In this document: in pieces, positions 59,601 to 64,000 of the stretch | How positions within the stretch are numbered: the stretch's first letter is position 1 | Layout: every line of letters starts with the position of its first letter | From: Azolla caroliniana | Lineage: Eukaryota; Plantae; Polypodiophyta | Reading direction: 5' to 3' | Length of the DNA: 64,000 nucleotides | Assembly (NCBI GenBank): GCA_043228905.1 | Contig: JBHGNT010000011.1 | Location: 12,710,001 to 12,774,000 of the forward strand | Made by a program: the position numbers and the translations under genes | The notes under the pieces: model-generated | Database searches by the model: none | Told to the model about the DNA's origin: nothing | Seen by the model: only the letters and a program-made list of their open reading frames with translations

Positions 59601-61011
59601 TCAAATAACTTTTAATAATTGTTGGAGTGAGAGAATAGTTAATGCAACATTATATCAACTTTTTGTGAAAATGATAAGCTATGACATCAACCTTTGCAAC
59701 CAATCAGATTTTACGTAAAAGAAATGTATCAAGAGCGTCTTTTGGGTTAATAGCAACTAGACTTATACCTCACATTTCTCACAACCTACCCGTGATCAAA
59801 CTAGACAAAGACTTAAAAGGATACTTTTCTTAAACCTAGACCTTAAAAAATGTGAAAGTAAAGGTGACACACACACATTCTCTTATGGCCGAGATACGTT
59901 TTTAATCAAGAAATCTAATGAGATTATTTGCAACTATGTGAGCTCAAACTAATTAAGGAAAGGTAACCCTTTGCCTTTTTGTAGCCCGACCAAGGGTAGT
60001 TTTGATATTATTGATGGTATAATTGAGGTTACTCCATATGCAAGGTGTATTTATGACATCTCCATAAATTTTGTAATTTCTGTCCCTTTTGAAACAAGGA
60101 CCAAGGTACAACACAATAGAAAAACTTGAGCTCACACATCTATGGGGAATTATTTGACCTTTTGCTTACATTGCCCATAACTTTGCATAGCAAAAATTGC
60201 TCAATGTTTTAGGGCAACATAGAGTTGTGTGTTTTGCAACTATACATAGCTACACAATAGCATACATCACATTTATGCCCTATACTGTCTATACTCTCTC
60301 TGCTTTTCTCATAGGAATCTACACCAACAATTTTGTTGACCATAGTGGGAACACGGGCCGATATATGTGTTCGAGGCCTCATTACTAGATATTTAAAATT
60401 GGTACCTTTAGTGGTGCTTCACACATTACTTTTTGCTTCTAGTAGCAATCTATATGGATAATTATATAGTTTGCAATGTAGACTTGTATCTGTAATTCAA
60501 TCCCCTTTTGTCAGTTGATAATTGTGACAAACACAAACCACCTAAAATACAAGTCATTGCAAATCCTAGAATACAGGAGTTTGGTGTGATAGAATGATCA
60601 TTGGAATTAAGATATTACTGATGCTTCGAACAAAAGTAGGGGTGTAAAGTAATATCAATGGCATTGTTGAATGTATTGATGTGACAAAACACATTCAACT
60701 AGGTGGCTATGTTTGTTGTAAGAGAGTAAATGATGAGAAGGCCTTGTTATGAAAATGATATCCTATATACAATGTTGTGTCAATATCATATCATGTCCTA
60801 TTTGCATCTCTCACTAAATTTGACAAAAAGATAGGTTTGCACATGGGCTAAGTTAATCAATATATATCAAGATATCTACATGAGAGAATGTTCTTGTATA
60901 TCAGTAGCTTGTCTCTCCAATATATGAGATTGTATTAACATTCATTGGTTCTTTTTAGTGTCCCACCAAAGAAACACATCAAGGTTCTTTGTAAATAAAT
61001 CAATTTACATG

Positions 61012-61152
61012 CACACAAACACAAACACAAACACAAACACAAACACAAACACAAACACAAACACAAACACAAACACAAACACAAACACAAACACAAACCC
61101 AAACCCAAACCCAAACCCAAACCCAAACCCAAACCCAAACGCAAACGCAAAC

Positions 61153-61187
<35 letters not shown>

Positions 61188-61242
61188 CTCTCTCTCTCTC
61201 TCTCTCTCTTGCGCGTGCGCACATACCACACACACACACACA
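61012..61242 (+). repeat. Compound microsatellite (ACAAAC)n-(CCAAAC)7-(GCAAAC)3-(AC)n-(TC)n
   Basis: Directly visible. Confidence 0.97.
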
Positions 61243-62632
61243 ACGTTGAGATTATTATTATGTGTATTGTGTGTGACTTCCTCTATAGATCTCACAATAA
61301 TATTCTATTTCACCTTCAAATATTTTGAGTGACCTCTAGGTTGTAATGATGTAGGTTTGTAGGCAATATAGGTAAATTGTTGAGTACTGTTCAAGGAAAT
61401 GGTTCATCGGAAGAACAAACATTTCAACCCATTGTAGAATGCCTCTCTCTTATATCGCATGTTCAAAGATTCTAGATTTCTTTATAGTGATTGTGTTGCC
61501 ATCATGACATTAAACTGTTGACTATAAGGAACACATACATCTAATCAATTGCACAAATACCTCCAAAATCCAAAATACATCTAATTGCTACCTTGGGAGT
61601 TACACCAAAGAATCATAGACAATGGCAAGTCTAGTTTGTTCTATCTAGAGTAATCAAGATCAATAGGGACGTTGAAGATTGACTATAGGCTATCATATAA
61701 TTGTCCAAAACTAACCTTATCATAACTAGGTATGCCAATAAACTTGTCTTTTAAAGCATTCCTACGATTTATAAGTCATGTTTGTCATGTCTTACTACAA
61801 TTTTAATATGTGCACCATTTTATGTTTTAGATGAGTTATTAAAATGTTGTGAAAACCATGTAATGGCTTACATTGACAATGTCAAGCAATTGGAACTTAA
61901 AACATTATTTATTTATCTTAAAAATCAAGAGATCGAAAGTATTTCACGTCGTCATTTCTCACAATAGTTCTCCCAAAAGGGAAATAATGCATCAAGTCAA
62001 TATAAATAGGATTCACACAAAATATTGTTAGGGCATAGACACTAAGAACATGTAGATATACATGCTTACTCATAAACTTTTTGAGCTATTACATAAATTA
62101 TAGGATACTCACAAGTACGTGCACATGAAACCATAATATAGGGGAGTATCTATCAATTACAAAGAATACATTGATGTGTATATGTATGTGTTTGTAGGTG
62201 TACTTAATGGTGTATTATACTTAATATATACTAGTATTATCTCATATAAGCATTTCATAGAATTTCACCTTCTTAACTTTGATATTTGTATGCAACTCTA
62301 GCTACCCTTGTATCATCGCTTTTTAGGCATGGAATGGGCACTCATAAGCTATTAAATTTAGAAATTTTATGATGGCGATACCACTTTAACCAATTCTTAA
62401 TGAAAAAAAAGGTACTTCCCATTAGTTAGGAAGAGTGTCTTTACACCAATATGTACAACAGAAATGTCATCATAGACATTCAACCACATTACCCCAGTAT
62501 GTGTTTATCATCTTGCAATATGTAAAATTTCAGAAAAATACCATGTACCGTCTTGGTTGGCCTGCCAAGGTGGAATTAACCATTTTGGCGTGGTGATCTA
62601 CATAATCCACCAAGGGCGAATCTGACCATGAT

Positions 62633-64000
62633 TGTTGAAAGGAAAGTCCCGTAACTTCCGTTGTGTCTAAAGTTCCTTCCAAATCTTCATATTGAGCTCG
62701 TATATTCGTAATCAGATCATAATATAGAGTAGTAATTGTCTCCTTTGGTCAACTTTCTTCTCCCGTGAGACTTGTTGAGAATCGATCCGGCCACAACCGG
62801 TTGCTTCGAATGAGAATGCGGCTGCAAAGAACGTGAAGGATAGTGCTCACAGAAAACAGAAAACAAAAAATAGAAAATAGAAAATAGAAAACAGAAAACA
62901 GAAAGTACAGAGACACATGTATTTTTAACGTGGAAAACCCGAATGGGAAAAACCAAGTAGAGTCCACAAACTCCAAAACGAATCGCTATAAGGGGAGGAG
63001 TACAACAAGAGGATTCAAGGCAATGACCTTGAACTCTTCTTCATCGACTGACGGCTACAGAGTTACACACATTCACACACACTCTCCTGTCTAGTTACAG
63101 AGGCAACTACCTTCTCCAACTATACAACAACAATGATCAACTAATGATTCCCCCACATCATAATGATTGCCCTAGGTGTATATATGTATACTAATACAAT
63201 TTTCAGGTCTATTTACAAATATGGCCCACTAAGGGTACATTTAGACTATTTACAAATATAGTCTCACAAATAAGCTTCGATCGATTCGGCTACTAGTTGA
63301 GTCAATTATCGATCGATTGTCGATAAATCGATTTTTGGCCTCCACCGAGTTTACCTATTGACTCTATTTCATTCGGCTCCTCCCATCCGAAGGGACCAGT
63401 TTTCCTAACAAACTCCCCCTTCAATCTGACATGGGGTACTTTATCAACAGGCATTCAGCTTCTTGTCCGACAGAACCTTTGTCAGCATATCCGATCCATT
63501 GTCGTTCATGTGGATCTTCACTAGATCAAACTCCTTTTCTTCTACTCGCCCTCGGAGCCAACAATATCTCCTCTGGATGTGCTTTGTCCTCGAGTGGTAG
63601 GCATCATTCTTCGCAAGGTGGATGACACTTTGATTGTCATAGTAGAGTCAGAATTCTTCTTGTCGAATTCCCAACTCTTCGATGAACTCCTTCATCCATA
63701 TGATTTCCTTGCCGGCTTCCGTGGACCTTCTATAGCCTTGATTGCCAGGAGACGGCTCCCCCTACATAAATCATTACGTATCTAGACGTAGATCGACTGG
63801 TATCCACATCAGCCGACATGTCCGAATCAATATAACCTTCCAATATGGGGTTACCCGAGCCGAATCAGAGGCATATGCTAGAGGTGCCTCTCAGGTACCG
63901 AAGTAGCCATTTGACCGTTGCCCAATGCTTTTTTCCGGGATTGCCTATATATCGGCTAACTACTCTGACAACGTATCCAATGTCCGGTTTGGTACATACC
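62633..64000 (-). mobile_element. Ty1/Copia element 3' end: LTR 62633-63410, PPT, degenerate RNase H/RT; runs off the window
   Basis: TGTTG...AACA LTR, then aactccccct (PPT complement). Minus-strand RPDIGYVV.VVSRY..NPGKKHW, GYIDSDMS.DVD..RSTS, GGAVSWQS, HSRTKHIQRRY, SDMLTK, with stops and a frameshift. Confidence 0.92.

Noticed and set aside
57200-60400. Possible decayed DNA-transposase sequence (also 23780-25100, 34540-35400, 45620-45950)
   Set aside because: Coding-like texture but no motif I can assign with confidence; needs a translated HMM search.
61097-61140. Interstitial telomeric repeat
   Set aside because: The unit is CCCAAA, not plant CCCTAAA or CCCTAA, and it is in register with the neighbouring ACAAAC repeats, so it derives from them.
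60935-61332. ORFs encoding poly-NT/NP, poly-CV, poly-FV
   Set aside because: Translations of a microsatellite; no evidence of a gene.

Overview
AT-rich land-plant genomic DNA. It is most likely a fern or other non-seed vascular plant; this is inferred from long TE-filled introns, abundant GA/CA microsatellites, RTE-X/L2-like LINEs and a TIR1/AFB gene with a degenerate miR393 site. Three intron-containing genes can be assembled with canonical GT-AG junctions and consistent phases: plastid pyruvate:Na+ symporter BASS2 (+, first exon outside the window), a divergent cyclin T1 (-, 489 aa) and a TIR1/AFB auxin co-receptor (-, 616 aa). There is also a probable small gene (-, 89 aa) ending in a PRLVRxxAVRRDLxxDWNFEE motif. 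The rest is mostly transposon-derived: Copia remnants, LINEs, hAT MITEs with 8-bp TSDs, a gag-only LTR element with a tRNA-Trp PBS, a PPR pseudo-fragment and tandem repeats. The most interesting observations are: (i) an atypical F-box helix 1 in an otherwise intact AFB; (ii) a dispersed element made of two convergent tRNA-like A/B-box modules; (iii) a ~790-bp inverted LINE duplication inside cyclin T intron 1; (iv) a LINE 3' stem-loop showing compensatory base changes; (v) the small uncharacterised ORF. All comparisons to known proteins were made by eye from memory; no database search was run.
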